A stretch of 64,000 bases of DNA from Vicugna vicugna (lineage: Eukaryota): positions 6,538,522-6,602,521 of the forward strand of contig MU058781.1 in NCBI GenBank assembly GCA_013265495.1, in the 5' to 3' direction. The position numbers and the translations under genes were made by a program. Below are positions 53,501 through 61,440 of this stretch, in pieces. Positions within the stretch are counted from its first letter, which is position 1. Each line of letters starts with the position of its first letter. The notes under the pieces are model-generated. The model saw nothing but the letters and a program-made list of their open reading frames with translations. It was not told where the DNA came from and ran no database searches.

Positions 53501-56500
53501 CCTGTATTACTCAAAAGATACATTCACCCTGTATCTCTGTCAAACAGTACATAAATGGACCAGGGAAGAGGCTTATCCTGGTGAATATTTTAGCATCTTT
53601 AACTCACAGGGGTAAAAGCAAACACTGTTTTCTTCATTCAATTCACTTAATATTATTGATTGCATATTCCATATCAGACAAGATCACTGGGGATATAGCA
53701 GGGAACAAGTTCCTGCCCTCTGGAAGCTTAAGATTCTAAGTTAGGGAGACAAAAAGTGAAAGACTCAAACATAGAAGTGTCCTTGGCACATGCTGTCCCA
53801 GCTTCTGGTAAACTTGTTTACAAATGTGAAATCTAATAAACCTGTTAACTATGACTTAACTATTTAAAATCCTTTAAAATTCCACTTTATGAATATATAT
53901 ATATTCATGTATGACTGAAAAACTGTGCTGTACACCAGAAATTGACACAACATTGTAAACTGATTATAACTCAATAAAATTCTTTTAAAAATCCCCTTTA
54001 ATCATGAGTGTGTGCACACGTCCGTGTGAGAATCTATGTGTAATCTTTTGTTCTGTAGCTCATCTAGTCACTACAAAGGGACTAAAGCAGCAGTTCTCAA
54101 ATTGCAGTCTTCAAACCAGCACTGGTGTCAGTCATCTAAGAGTATGTTAGAAATGCAAATTTGCTTTAACAAGCTATTAAGGTGATTCTTATGCAAATTA
54201 AGTTTGAGAACCACTGTACTAAAGTCATCTAAAAACTCAGTGACAGGTTTCCCAATTAAGGCTATGATAAACATAACCCTGAGTACAAGCTTAACTACAA
54301 GATAAACTATTTCCTTGATTACCTCATTATCAAATGTCATGCCATCATATCAACTTTTATAAATATCTACTTTATAATAAGAATTCTGGAAAATCAAACA
54401 TAGAAGTAAACAGAAGTAAAACATAAAAGGCTACCTTTAAATCTATTTTACTTTCAGTTAAAGACTTAACACATTTATAGTACATATCCAACTACCAGAC
54501 ATTTGAGGTTTAAAAAAGTGCTAGGGAAAAGAAATCTGATTATGCATAGAATTGGGTAGACTATAAAGAGGTAAAGGACCCTGTCTATCAGATAAATTAC
54601 CCTGCCTGGTAATTTTTATGAATTTCAAAGTACCAAAGGTAAGACTTCAGCCACTAAAGGAAAACAGAGAAAGGGAGCTAGAAAGGGGGAAAAATTGTTT
54701 TCTTACAGAAGAAGAAGTTCCTTTGACTCTTACCAAAGGTCTACCTTTTCAGGAGTTACTGAGATAACATGCTTCAGATCTTCACAGAAAGGGGGCAAGT
54801 CAGCTTCCCATATGGACCCAAAGAAAGAATGCTTTGTGATATTAAAAACAAATAAAACCTTGAGACGTAAACAGAGACATACTGAGTAAAGGTCTACTAA
54901 GGAGTGAATACTCAAGTCCTACTTTATCAGATTAGTTCCCGTCCTACTTTCAGAGGATTCAGTGGTAAGCATAACTGCTTTTATTATAACTTAATGTAAG
55001 TTTTCCTAGAGAAAATCTTCTCTAATCCTCCAAGTCTGGGACAGTCACTCACCTTTATGCACCATCAGTGCCCTGCACTCCCTATACAATGGCAATTTGT
55101 CAAATGGGATGGTAATTACAGTCTATCACCTCCACTAGACGATCAGCTGGTGTATGATTTTAACTTATCTACAACTGCACTAGCCAACCAATTTCTTATT
55201 CCCACATATGAATATGTGACAGGTTTCAATAAAGGACATCAGTAATTCTAGAACTCAAAAAAAATAAGTAACACATTTGTTTGGTACAATGGTTTCAGCT
55301 TAAGCAAGTATTTTTGTTGCCACACTAATAAGTCTTTCCTCCAAAAAAACAACTTGTAAAGCTATCCAAGAGTATGAGAAAATTGAGCCATCCCCTGGAA
55401 TGATAAATAACACAAAGCCAACTAAATGAGAGAAGTAGAAAGGTAGTCAAAGAAAGAAAAATTAATGAAGGGCTTATAAAAAAGCAACAAAACAAATGGG
55501 GCATTAAAATCTTAAAAATACTCCTCATAGTCCTAAAGTCTACACCAGACGATCCTAAGTAATAAGCTAAGTGGCTACAAATAAAACAATTCTGAAAATT
55601 ACCAGGTCATTACACCTTTCCACCAATATTCTGTGCCCAGTGAAAATGGTTTTAATTAGTGACATCAGACCAAAGTCTTCATTTTACTTCAAACTTCTGC
55701 CTCATCAGAGGACTTTCCAGGAAATGGTGACAACACATGGGCTTTTTTGTCATTTATCTTATCAGAAAAATTGGTGAGTAAATTGATAAACTATCACACA
55801 CCAGGGCCTCTCATCACAAACAAAAATCTACTTTGCATTAAACAATTTAATACTTGGATTTATTTTCCTATACACTTAAGTGACTGGCATTTCTAGTTTA
55901 AGGTTTGGCCTCATCACTCAAGAAACAAATCCTCAAATCCAATAGGAGCCTATAAAAGGTGAACTTGGTTACACAAAGGAAAAAAAGCTCTACTAAGAAG
56001 CAGCAAAATTCAGAAACAATAAATATTTATATCAAAAGGTTCTACTTAAATACAACAATTTCAAATGAGTCCTTACTATACATGCCAAGCCCTGTTCTAA
56101 GAGCTTTACTTACATTATCTCATTTAACTCTCACAATTTCCACTTTACAGATGAGTAAATTAAGCAGAGAGAACTTTTCCAAGTCCTGGCAGAGAAGGGA
56201 TTCAAACCCAGATACTCTAACTGTATTATAGCACATTTTCCTATCAACTATTTCCATTTCTATTTCCACTGATAGTAATAATTTAAGCATCTAGGATAAA
56301 GCAAACAAAGATAAAATAAAATCAAAACTACTTAGTGACTTCTGAAATCAGTTAAGTATTCAACTTTTAAATATTCTACCTTTTCAAAACTGAGAACACT
56401 CTTTAGCCATCAAATACCAACCAGGACACATTTATTTGGGACAAAGTATCATATAGAAGCTACCAAAACAGAAAAAAACTACAGGCAAGGATCAGGCAAA

Positions 56501-59500
56501 CCATCATCTACGGGCCAAATTCAGCCCTCAGCCTTTTGTACAGACTTCAAACTGAGAATGATCTTTACATTTCTCAAAGGGTTATAAAAACCAAAGAACT
56601 TGCAGCAACAAAACCTAAAATATTCACTATCTGGCCCTTTACAGAAAAGTTTGCAGACTCCTGATCTAAGGTACTAGACAAAAGGGGTTTCCTCCCCCTT
56701 TTTTTTGAAACAGCTAGATACAGAAACTGACTTGTAAGACAAACTACAACCAAGAAGATAAAGGGGCAAAAACAAGTAGCTCTCCTCTCACCAGGAGGTG
56801 GCAGTAGATTCTTCCAGAGGCAAGGTTCTGGTTTGCCCATGGGCTCAAGTTTTTGGTGGTGGCTAGCAAGAAAAGCAGCTTGACCTCTCCAGAGCTGACT
56901 TTCTGGGCCTGACCATCTGCACAAAAAGGAAATGGGAAAGGAGACTGAACAGGTGACAAGAACTAACCACATCCTCTTTAGCAACCTGTTCACTCCCAAC
57001 TAGAATAATGATACCATTTCTTAAAGGCATCTGGGCTAAGAGTTAGGGAGTAGGGACGAAGGCAAGTAAAAATGATCAACTGATCATTCCGCGCTGTTTT
57101 TCACTTTCACTTCTACAATTCTTATATTACTACTCCTCAGTTAGTTGAGTAAGACAATGAATTTTTTGTCTCCGTAACTTCAAGCAAGATGCCATTTTAA
57201 AGATCAGAAGTTAAAAGGGGGAAAAAAAATGTAAACTTTAGATATACCTCAGCAGAGCAAAACCAGAAGTCAAAACAGGAAATTACAAGTCAGTTGAACA
57301 CATGCAGAAGTCACAGGTACTGCATGACTGCACAAGCCGGTCGGTCTGACAGGCGATGGCAAACATCCATTAACCGACAGTGCCAGACTTCTCATTCCAA
57401 CCCTCTGCTACAAAATCCAAAACTTCATTTTCGCTCAGAAACCACTAGACATTTAACCAAATAATATTAGTACAAAACATGCCATGTCATGAAGCTCCCT
57501 GCTATTCATGATGACTCAGCAGCTGCTGCAAAACAGAGATGGCAGCCTGGGACAGTGGACAGCAGGCAGGTAGTCTCCAAGTTCACAAACGTCCCAGTAA
57601 GGACTAAAGAGTCTTTACTTTAAGATTTAAAAAGATCCTTAAATAGAGTATTCTTTTGTTTATTCCTAGACAATTTCCTTTGAGAGTATCTGCCAATATT
57701 AGCACCTGCGGTGTTGATTAAGAAACCCCTAGACATCTTTAATGTCAATTCAAAAGCTAAAAATGTACTTTTTCAATTAAATGGCTGGAACAAAAAGCTG
57801 AAAAAGTATTTTAGACAGGGGGAAATGATAAATTATCAAGCTCTAAAACAAAGCTGTACAGCCTGAAATCGTATCAGCTCTAAGGCAATTTGGGTCACAG
57901 GTGTTATGCTGTTAAGGCATCATCTTCCCCCAATTAGATTTTTCCCTGAGTACACTTAAATAGAAGGCGTGATTATAGCTTTTGCCACCCGGAATATATG
58001 AGCTCCTTTCTAAACTGTTCAGACCATCCAACGATCTGTATTTACAACATTTCAATTTTTATGTAGTAACTTTATTTTAAGGAAACCTAAGAAAGCACTC
58101 AAAGACATTTATTCTTCAGGAAAAACAGAAAGCATGTGTCTAACTTCCATTCTACAAAAGGATTACGTTAAATGGCCAGGCTTGTGACCTGAATTCTAAT
58201 CTTAAATCTGCTGCACCCCTGCTCCTCACAAAGAAATCTGAAAATCAAACACCTTCCGGATATATCTGGGCGAAGATGGTGGGAGGTAACAGTAATGCCA
58301 AGACTTATAACCATTAGTAGAGAGCGACTTATTATTCTAAATCACAATTTTTACTATTAAGAAATTGCTCTCCAATCTTTACTTTTAAAATTCTGTTTTT
58401 AATGATACAATAATACCACCACCAAACTTGTTAGAAGTGTTCAATATTCATAATCATCTGCGATAAAGCAGACGAGGAAGTCTACCTTAAACAGTAGGCA
58501 ACAAATCATCAGATCCTTTTACTACACTTTTTTTTAACAAGACACACTTACTTCCCACTTTAGCATCGAGAAGTTTTAGAAATGACTTTTATCAAAACGT
58601 TTTTAACATTTTCCTATCTAATCCCCATAACCAACAAGTAAATATTTTAAAAAAGTAAATTCCTCAGAATCAAATTACGGTTAGGACAAACGCCTTTTCA
58701 TAATTTCAAACACCCACACGTGCGCAAGGTGGTTAAATTATAAGACCACCAACATTCCTGGAGTGTCAAAAGTACCTAAATTTCTAGAATACGCCCCATA
58801 ATTTAAAATATTTTATGCATGAGATCAGAACTGGAGTCCCGGTCAAGTATGCATAATGGCCAATTTTAGCCTCCAAGATAAAAGGTGGGGAGGGAGCAAA
58901 AATGGGGAGGTAAGAGTCTCGCGATGGAAAAAAAAAACGTAAGTGTGGAGAGGGACTTTCAAAAATGCCCCAGTGCCACTAACTATAACCCGGTTAAGGG
59001 GGGAAAAAAATCTAAGTCAACGCTCTCAGATCGGGGAGGGACACAGGAAGGGGAGATGGAGAATTAATTAATAGGTTTGAGACTAAGTTATTCCACTTTC
59101 CGTGTAACAGCGCCCCCACCAACCCCCAGGTGCCCCGGAGGCAGATTCCCCCGGGGCAGCCCCCTCCTCACACACGTTGAAACGCGGGAGACTACAAAAC
59201 AGCAAGCGTAGGGGCCTCCAGCCACATCTTTTCTTTTCTCTCTCGAAAGGACGTAAGTCATACCCTCAAACCCCCAATCCCCGCCAAAATGTAAAGACTC
59301 CTAGGCCCATCGTGGCCTAGGATTTCTGTTCCCGCCCTGCGCAGGCCGGGGGAAAGCCCCAGGCCGAGAGGGCTGGAGAGAGGCGGCCCGAACCACACGT
59401 GTGCGCCGCAAGGTTGGCCTGTCTCAGCCCACTTCCCGTTGCCGCCCCAGCGGCCTGAGATCCCGCCGCCTCGCTCCGGCCTGCCCTCAGGCCCTCCCGT

Positions 59501-59704
59501 CCGCTCCACGTGGGGCGCCAGGGCCCCTCTCCGCCCGTTCACTCCCGCCAACTTCCCCACCGGTTAGGCCCCCACGGCGTCGCAGTCCCGTACCTGGTGC
59601 TGTTGTCGCCCCTGCTGGTAAGGCTTAATTGGCCCCTGGTGGCAACGCCGCGTCCGGATCTTGCCGCCACCGCCCCCTCCTATGCCTCCGGCTCCCGAGG
59701 CCAT
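5252..59704 (-). CDS. NUP153: Nucleoporin NUP153, spliced CDS exons 1-20 (3' end outside window)
   Basis: 20 exons with GT-AG boundaries join in frame (4174 nt) into [31 protein letters not shown]..., four W-x-C-x2-C-x3-N-x6-C-x2-C zinc fingers and an FKFG/FSFG/FVFG-rich region. Matches mammalian NUP153 as recalled. Confidence 0.99.
6200..6556 (-). CDS. NUP153: NUP153 exon 19 (357 nt), FG region
   Basis: ttgcag|[15 protein letters not shown]...FVFGQASNP...[13 protein letters not shown]|gtacat. Confidence 0.97.
7153..7251 (-). mobile_element. Short LINE-1 3' UTR insertion with 15-bp TSD
   Basis: TACCCAAAATTTCTT (7138-7152) and TACCCCAAATTTCTT (7252-7266) flank sequence similar to the 3' ends at 30643 and 53890. 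Confidence 0.8.
9005..9886 (-). CDS. NUP153: NUP153 exon 18 (882 nt), FxFG repeat region
   Basis: tttgaag|GC; multiple FKFG/FQFG/FSFG/FTFG/FAFG motifs; G|gtaagt. Confidence 0.98.
11509..11703 (-). CDS. NUP153: NUP153 exon 17 (195 nt), zinc finger 4
   Basis: tttttag|[17 protein letters not shown]...[20 protein letters not shown] (11605-11546)...KSEFK; G|gtaagg. Confidence 0.97.
12225..13500. mobile_element. Degenerate L2 (LINE-2) fragments
   Basis: L2 3'-end-like CATTTATTAAGCACC near 12230; L2 RT-like remnant [12 protein letters not shown] near 13145. Boundaries approximate. Confidence 0.6.
14587..15204 (-). CDS. NUP153: NUP153 exon 16 (618 nt), RanBP2-type zinc fingers 1-3
   Basis: gtcgtag|[22 protein letters not shown] (15067-15008), [20 protein letters not shown] (14875-14816), [20 protein letters not shown] (14662-14603); G|gtacgt. 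Confidence 0.98.
16651..16776 (-). CDS. NUP153: NUP153 exon 15 (126 nt)
   Basis: attacag|[45 protein letters not shown]|gtaaga. Acceptor chosen by homology; see finding on alternative AG. Confidence 0.9.
17790..18930 (+). mobile_element. Old LINE-1 3' fragment (L1MB-like)
   Basis: Typical motifs AAATGCAAATCAAAACCACAATGA, AATAGCCAAAAAGTGGAAACAACC and an L1MB-type 3' UTR. Confidence 0.85.
20523..20610 (-). CDS. NUP153: NUP153 exon 14 (88 nt)
   Basis: ctacag|[33 protein letters not shown]|gtaagt. Confidence 0.96.
21640..21738 (-). CDS. NUP153: NUP153 exon 13 (99 nt)
   Basis: aactag|[36 protein letters not shown]; donor gtaagt. Confidence 0.96.
22104..22140 (+). repeat. (CAAAAA)n microsatellite
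   Basis: About five tandem CAAAAA units seen directly. Confidence 0.85.
22403..22540 (-). CDS. NUP153: NUP153 exon 12 (138 nt)
   Basis: ttttag|[29 protein letters not shown]...SLTNK; donor gtaaaa. Confidence 0.96.
22588..22755 (-). mobile_element. tRNA-derived SINE, copy 3
   Basis: Reverse complement of the same SINE; TSD-like CTTCCRTGTYATT at 22575-22587 and 22756-22768. Confidence 0.88.
23600..26030 (+). mobile_element. Old fragmented LINE-1 (L1M-type; endonuclease remnant and 3' end)
   Basis: A-rich plus strand; ORF2 endonuclease-like remnants near 24.2-24.8 kb; 3' motifs GAAATGCAAATTAAAATTACAGTGAGA. Boundaries approximate. Confidence 0.7.
29458..29682 (+). mobile_element. LINE-1 3' UTR fragment
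   Basis: Near-identical to the 3' ends at about 3080-3255 and 41580-41775 (GGTACAAATTACTATGTATA...TTGCATATCAACTA followed by A tail). Confidence 0.85.
29740..29866 (-). CDS. NUP153: NUP153 exon 11 (127 nt)
   Basis: gcctag|[43 protein letters not shown]; donor gtaagg. Confidence 0.96.
30130..30179 (-). CDS. NUP153: NUP153 exon 10 (50 nt)
   Basis: tttgtag|[19 protein letters not shown](S); AG|gtactg; phase matches exon 11. Confidence 0.92.
30643..30777 (+). mobile_element. Young short LINE-1 3' UTR insertion
   Basis: Flanked by AAAAAGCAACT direct repeats; poly(A) tail; same family as 7153, 31172 and 53890. Confidence 0.8.
30793..30913 (+). mobile_element. tRNA-derived SINE, copy 4
   Basis: GGTATTGCTCAGTGGTAGAG...GTTCAATTCCCAGTACCTCC; TSD AAAAAGCAACTAA. 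Confidence 0.85.
31172..31226 (+). mobile_element. 55-bp LINE-1 3'-tip insertion with perfect 16-bp TSD
   Basis: AGAAAACCACAATTTG at 31156-31171 and 31227-31242; insert ends AATAAA followed by A tail. Confidence 0.85.
33270..33416 (-). CDS. NUP153: NUP153 exon 9 (147 nt)
   Basis: tgtaag|[52 protein letters not shown]; donor gtaagt. Confidence 0.96.
35380..35436 (-). CDS. NUP153: NUP153 exon 8 (57 nt)
   Basis: ttttcag|[22 protein letters not shown]; donor gtaaga. Confidence 0.95.
35544..35588 (-). CDS. NUP153: NUP153 exon 7 (45 nt)
   Basis: ttaacag|[18 protein letters not shown]; donor gtaagt. Confidence 0.95.
35687..35803 (-). CDS. NUP153: NUP153 exon 6 (117 nt)
   Basis: ttatag|[42 protein letters not shown]; donor gtaaat. 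Confidence 0.96.
36143..36250 (+). mobile_element. tRNA-derived SINE, copy 5 (internally deleted, B box missing)
   Basis: ATAGCTCAGTGGTAGAG...CCCCAGTACCTCC; tail AAATAAATCTAATTA; AATATTAG on both sides. Confidence 0.82.
36488..36663 (-). mobile_element. tRNA-derived SINE, copy 6 (duplicated 3' tail)
   Basis: Plus strand GGGTTGAACCCAGGACCTCATG (B box, reverse); GGGAGGTAAYTRGGTTT tail module present twice. Confidence 0.82.
37810..39890. mobile_element. LINE-1 with inverted 5' segment and a nested L1 3' insertion
   Basis: Minus-strand ORF2 remnant ([29 protein letters not shown]) to about 38400, then plus-strand ORF2 3' part and UTR; nested piece about 38872-39118. Confidence 0.8.
40105..40233 (-). 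CDS. NUP153: NUP153 exon 5 (129 nt)
   Basis: gtgcag|[46 protein letters not shown]; donor gttggt. Confidence 0.97.
40315..40454 (-). CDS. NUP153: NUP153 exon 4 (140 nt)
   Basis: ttccag|[28 protein letters not shown]...AFGALSP; donor gtgagt. Confidence 0.96.
40582..40830 (-). CDS. NUP153: NUP153 exon 3 (249 nt)
   Basis: ttttaag|[38 protein letters not shown]...RASDK; G|gtattc. Confidence 0.97.
41139..41270 (+). mobile_element. tRNA-derived SINE, copy 7
   Basis: TCAGTGGTAG...GGGTTCAATCCCC; (TAAA)n CCTAATTACCTCCC tail; perfect TSD AAGTCATAAAACA (41125-41137, 41271-41283). Confidence 0.9.
41370..41775 (+). mobile_element. LINE-1 3' end fragment
   Basis: TATTCAGCCATTAAAAAGAATGAAATTCTGCCATTTGCAACAACATGGATGGA and 3' UTR similar to 2860-3255. 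Confidence 0.88.
44210..46160 (+). mobile_element. LINE-1 ORF2 3' half and UTR (degenerate)
   Basis: Remnants [32 protein letters not shown] and [20 protein letters not shown]. Confidence 0.92.
47645..47725. repeat. AT-rich (TA)n low-complexity tract
   Basis: ATATAATACATATAATTATATATATAAATATATATTATA seen directly. Confidence 0.8.
48430..49445 (+). mobile_element. Old LINE-1 3' fragment
   Basis: ACAGAATGGGAGAAAATA, CCCAAATGTCCATCAACTGATGAATGGATAAA; ends CTCAATAAA. Confidence 0.85.
50072..50297 (-). CDS. NUP153: NUP153 exon 2 (226 nt), contains N-terminal membrane-binding amphipathic helix region
   Basis: ccaacag|[34 protein letters not shown]...VSNTE; G|gtaaat. Confidence 0.97.
50960..51260. 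mobile_element. MIR fragments
   Basis: TTTAATCCTCACA...TTTACAGATGAAG...AAGTAACTTGCCCAAGGTC core. Confidence 0.7.
52465..52620. mobile_element. MER5A-like hAT-Charlie MITE
   Basis: Terminal inverted repeats TAGTGGTTCCCAA...TTGGAGAACCACTA. Confidence 0.75.
52990..53379 (+). mobile_element. Probable old ERVL-type solo LTR (LTR33-like)
   Basis: Ends TGTTTCTTGCTAGGTCCTTAACTGATACA, like LTR33-type 3' termini as recalled; 5' limit uncertain. Confidence 0.45.
53890..53985 (+). mobile_element. Short LINE-1 3' UTR insertion
   Basis: TATTCATGTATGACTGAAAAAYTGTGCTGTACACCAGAAATTGACA shared with the 30643 insertion. Confidence 0.8.
54089..54217. mobile_element. MER5A-like MITE (internally deleted)
   Basis: CAGCAGTTCTCAAA...GTTAGAAATGCAAAT...AAGTTTGAGAACCACTG. 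Confidence 0.75.
56065..56225. mobile_element. MIR
   Basis: TACTATACATGCCAAGCCCTGTTCTAAG...TTATCTCATTTAA...TTTACAGATGAG...GGATTCAAACCCAG. Confidence 0.8.
56486..56668. mobile_element. MER58-like hAT-Charlie MITE
   Basis: GGCAAAC...GGGCCAAAT...CTATCTGGCCCTTTACAGAAAAGTTTGCAGACTCCTG. Confidence 0.75.
59594..59704 (-). CDS. NUP153: NUP153 exon 1 coding part (111 nt)
   Basis: Strong Kozak TCCGCCATGG; encodes [37 protein letters not shown]; donor CAG|gtacgg. Confidence 0.97.
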
Positions 59705-60340
59705 GGCGGAGCCTCCGCGGCTTCCCCCTCCGGGGCGGGTAAGGGGGCGGGAGAGGCAGAGGCGGCCTTAGAGCCTCCCCCCGCCCGGCCCCAGCCCAAA
59801 AGTCCGCCCGCGCTGCCCACACAGTGGGGCACGGGCACACCGGGGACCGCGGGGCTGCGAGCAAGAGCGGAGGGAGAATGCGCGCTGGCGGCAGGGAAGG
59901 GGGTGGCGGCGACAGAGGCCGAGGAGCTGGCTCCGGTCCGGCAGCCTCCCGCGGACCCCCGCCTCTGTGTATGTCACCGTCTCTATGGAGATCCCCCGCA
60001 GAGGACAGCCCGAGCGGCTCCAGGCGCTGCTTAGGCCTAACTCAACCGCCGGCTGATGGGGATCCTTCTTCCTTCGCCCTAGCCGTAGCTGCCGCAGTTG
60101 AAGCCGCCGGCGCCGCCCGCCTACCCCTCCCCTTTCCGCACAGCGCCCGCCCCGCCGTCGTCGTCGTCCCTGCAGTCGCCGCTGTTGCGTCTATTGCCGC
60201 TGCTAAGGCCGCCGCTGCGGTCGCGAGCCAGAACGCCGTCACCCGTCAGCGCCCGTCGGGTTTGCATCATCACGCTGCGACCCGTTGATAGGCGAGGAGG
60301 AAGGAAGGGCTGGGCGAGCTCGCGCGCTTGGCCGCGCGGG

Positions 60341-60400
60341 CCGCTGGGAAACGTAGTTCAGCGGAAGAAGGCGCATTCTCAGAAAGGAGGACGCGGAAGT
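60341..60400. promoter_or_regulatory. ZNF143/THAP11-type ACTACnnnTCCCA motif and ETS (GABPA-like) site
   Basis: Minus strand GAACTACGTTTCCCAGCGG (60359-60341); plus strand GCGGAAGT (60393-60400). Motif match only. Confidence 0.6.
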
Positions 60401-60729
60401 TGATCCGCGGTTCGCCGCAGAGGCAGAAAGCCGGGGATTCCATTCCTCTTACTGCTGTTGACTATAAACTTAGACTTTGAAATAGAGATTTAACGCGAAA
60501 ACAGCAACGTCCTCCCTCCTCTGCTTCTCCCCGTGGTTAGTAAAGCAGGCAGAAAGTAAGCAGATAGTAAAATCACAGACAGGAGCCGACAATATCTTAT
60601 AAAAAAGAAAAAAAACTGGTTGAAAATACAATGTCCATGATCTAATTTAAGCCTAATATATAATTAGAAAATACATACAGTTACATTAATGTTCCCTTAA
60701 TATATAAGGGCTTTGTTGTCAAATACACA

Positions 60730-61440
60730 AGGGCTAGAATTCTGGCTCCGCCACTCCGCAAGTTTGACCTTGGGTAAGTCAAAACCTTACTCCCCTATAA
60801 AATGTAAACTTTAAAATCCACCTTTTAGACCTGTTGTGATCATCTGTGTGGAGCACTTAGTATATTTCCCAGCATACAGGAAATGCGATAAATGGTTACC
60901 TACGGCAGTCAGCTCACAGTAAGTGGTATATTACCAGTAATAAAAGTACATATATTTTTGCTCCAAATAGAAGGCATTATAGTTAGGAAAGTGATTAAGT
61001 GAGCTAGGCTCAAAGACTAAATCCACAAAGTACAGGGATTGTAAGAGTTGACCTTTAGAAAGATCTTGGTGATCCTATGGTGCAGCCTTCATTCAGTGGA
61101 CAAGACGGGTCCAGAGAATTCAGGTGGCATGTTCCGGGACACAGCTGGGCAGTCAAAGCCAGGACTAGAACCCAGCTTTTCTGTAAGAGTTGAAACAAGT
61201 AACCAAATGTTTAGGGAGAAAATCTACTACTGTGAAAAAAACAAAGGCTTAATGTTCTGTTTAAGACAATTTTAAAGCTTATAAATAGCTTTGGAGTCAA
61301 ATAGACTTAATTTTAAATCTATCACTTACTAGCTGTGTAGACTTGGGGAAGTTACTGATCCTCTTTCTAAGCTTCAGTTTCCTCATCTGCAAATAGAATG
61401 ATTAACCTCAACAAATTGGTGGTTCTGATGATAGGGTTAA
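60730..61440. mobile_element. Cluster of MIR fragments upstream of the promoter
   Basis: TGACCTTGGGTAAGTC near 60765; ACTTACTAGCTGTGT...GGGAAGTTACT...CAGTTTCCTCATCTG near 61325-61390. Confidence 0.7.

Larger units (their letters stand above)
59100..60440. promoter_or_regulatory. CpG island spanning NUP153 promoter, 5' UTR, exon 1 and start of intron 1
   Basis: Abrupt GC- and CpG-rich segment in otherwise AT-rich, CpG-depleted DNA; GGGCGG boxes; no evident TATA box. Confidence 0.95.

Noticed and set aside
59258..60403. Several 65-174 aa ORFs in the CpG island
   Set aside because: GC-rich DNA lacks stop codons; low-complexity Ala/Gly/Pro/Arg translations; those checked (59977, 60242) start with GTG.
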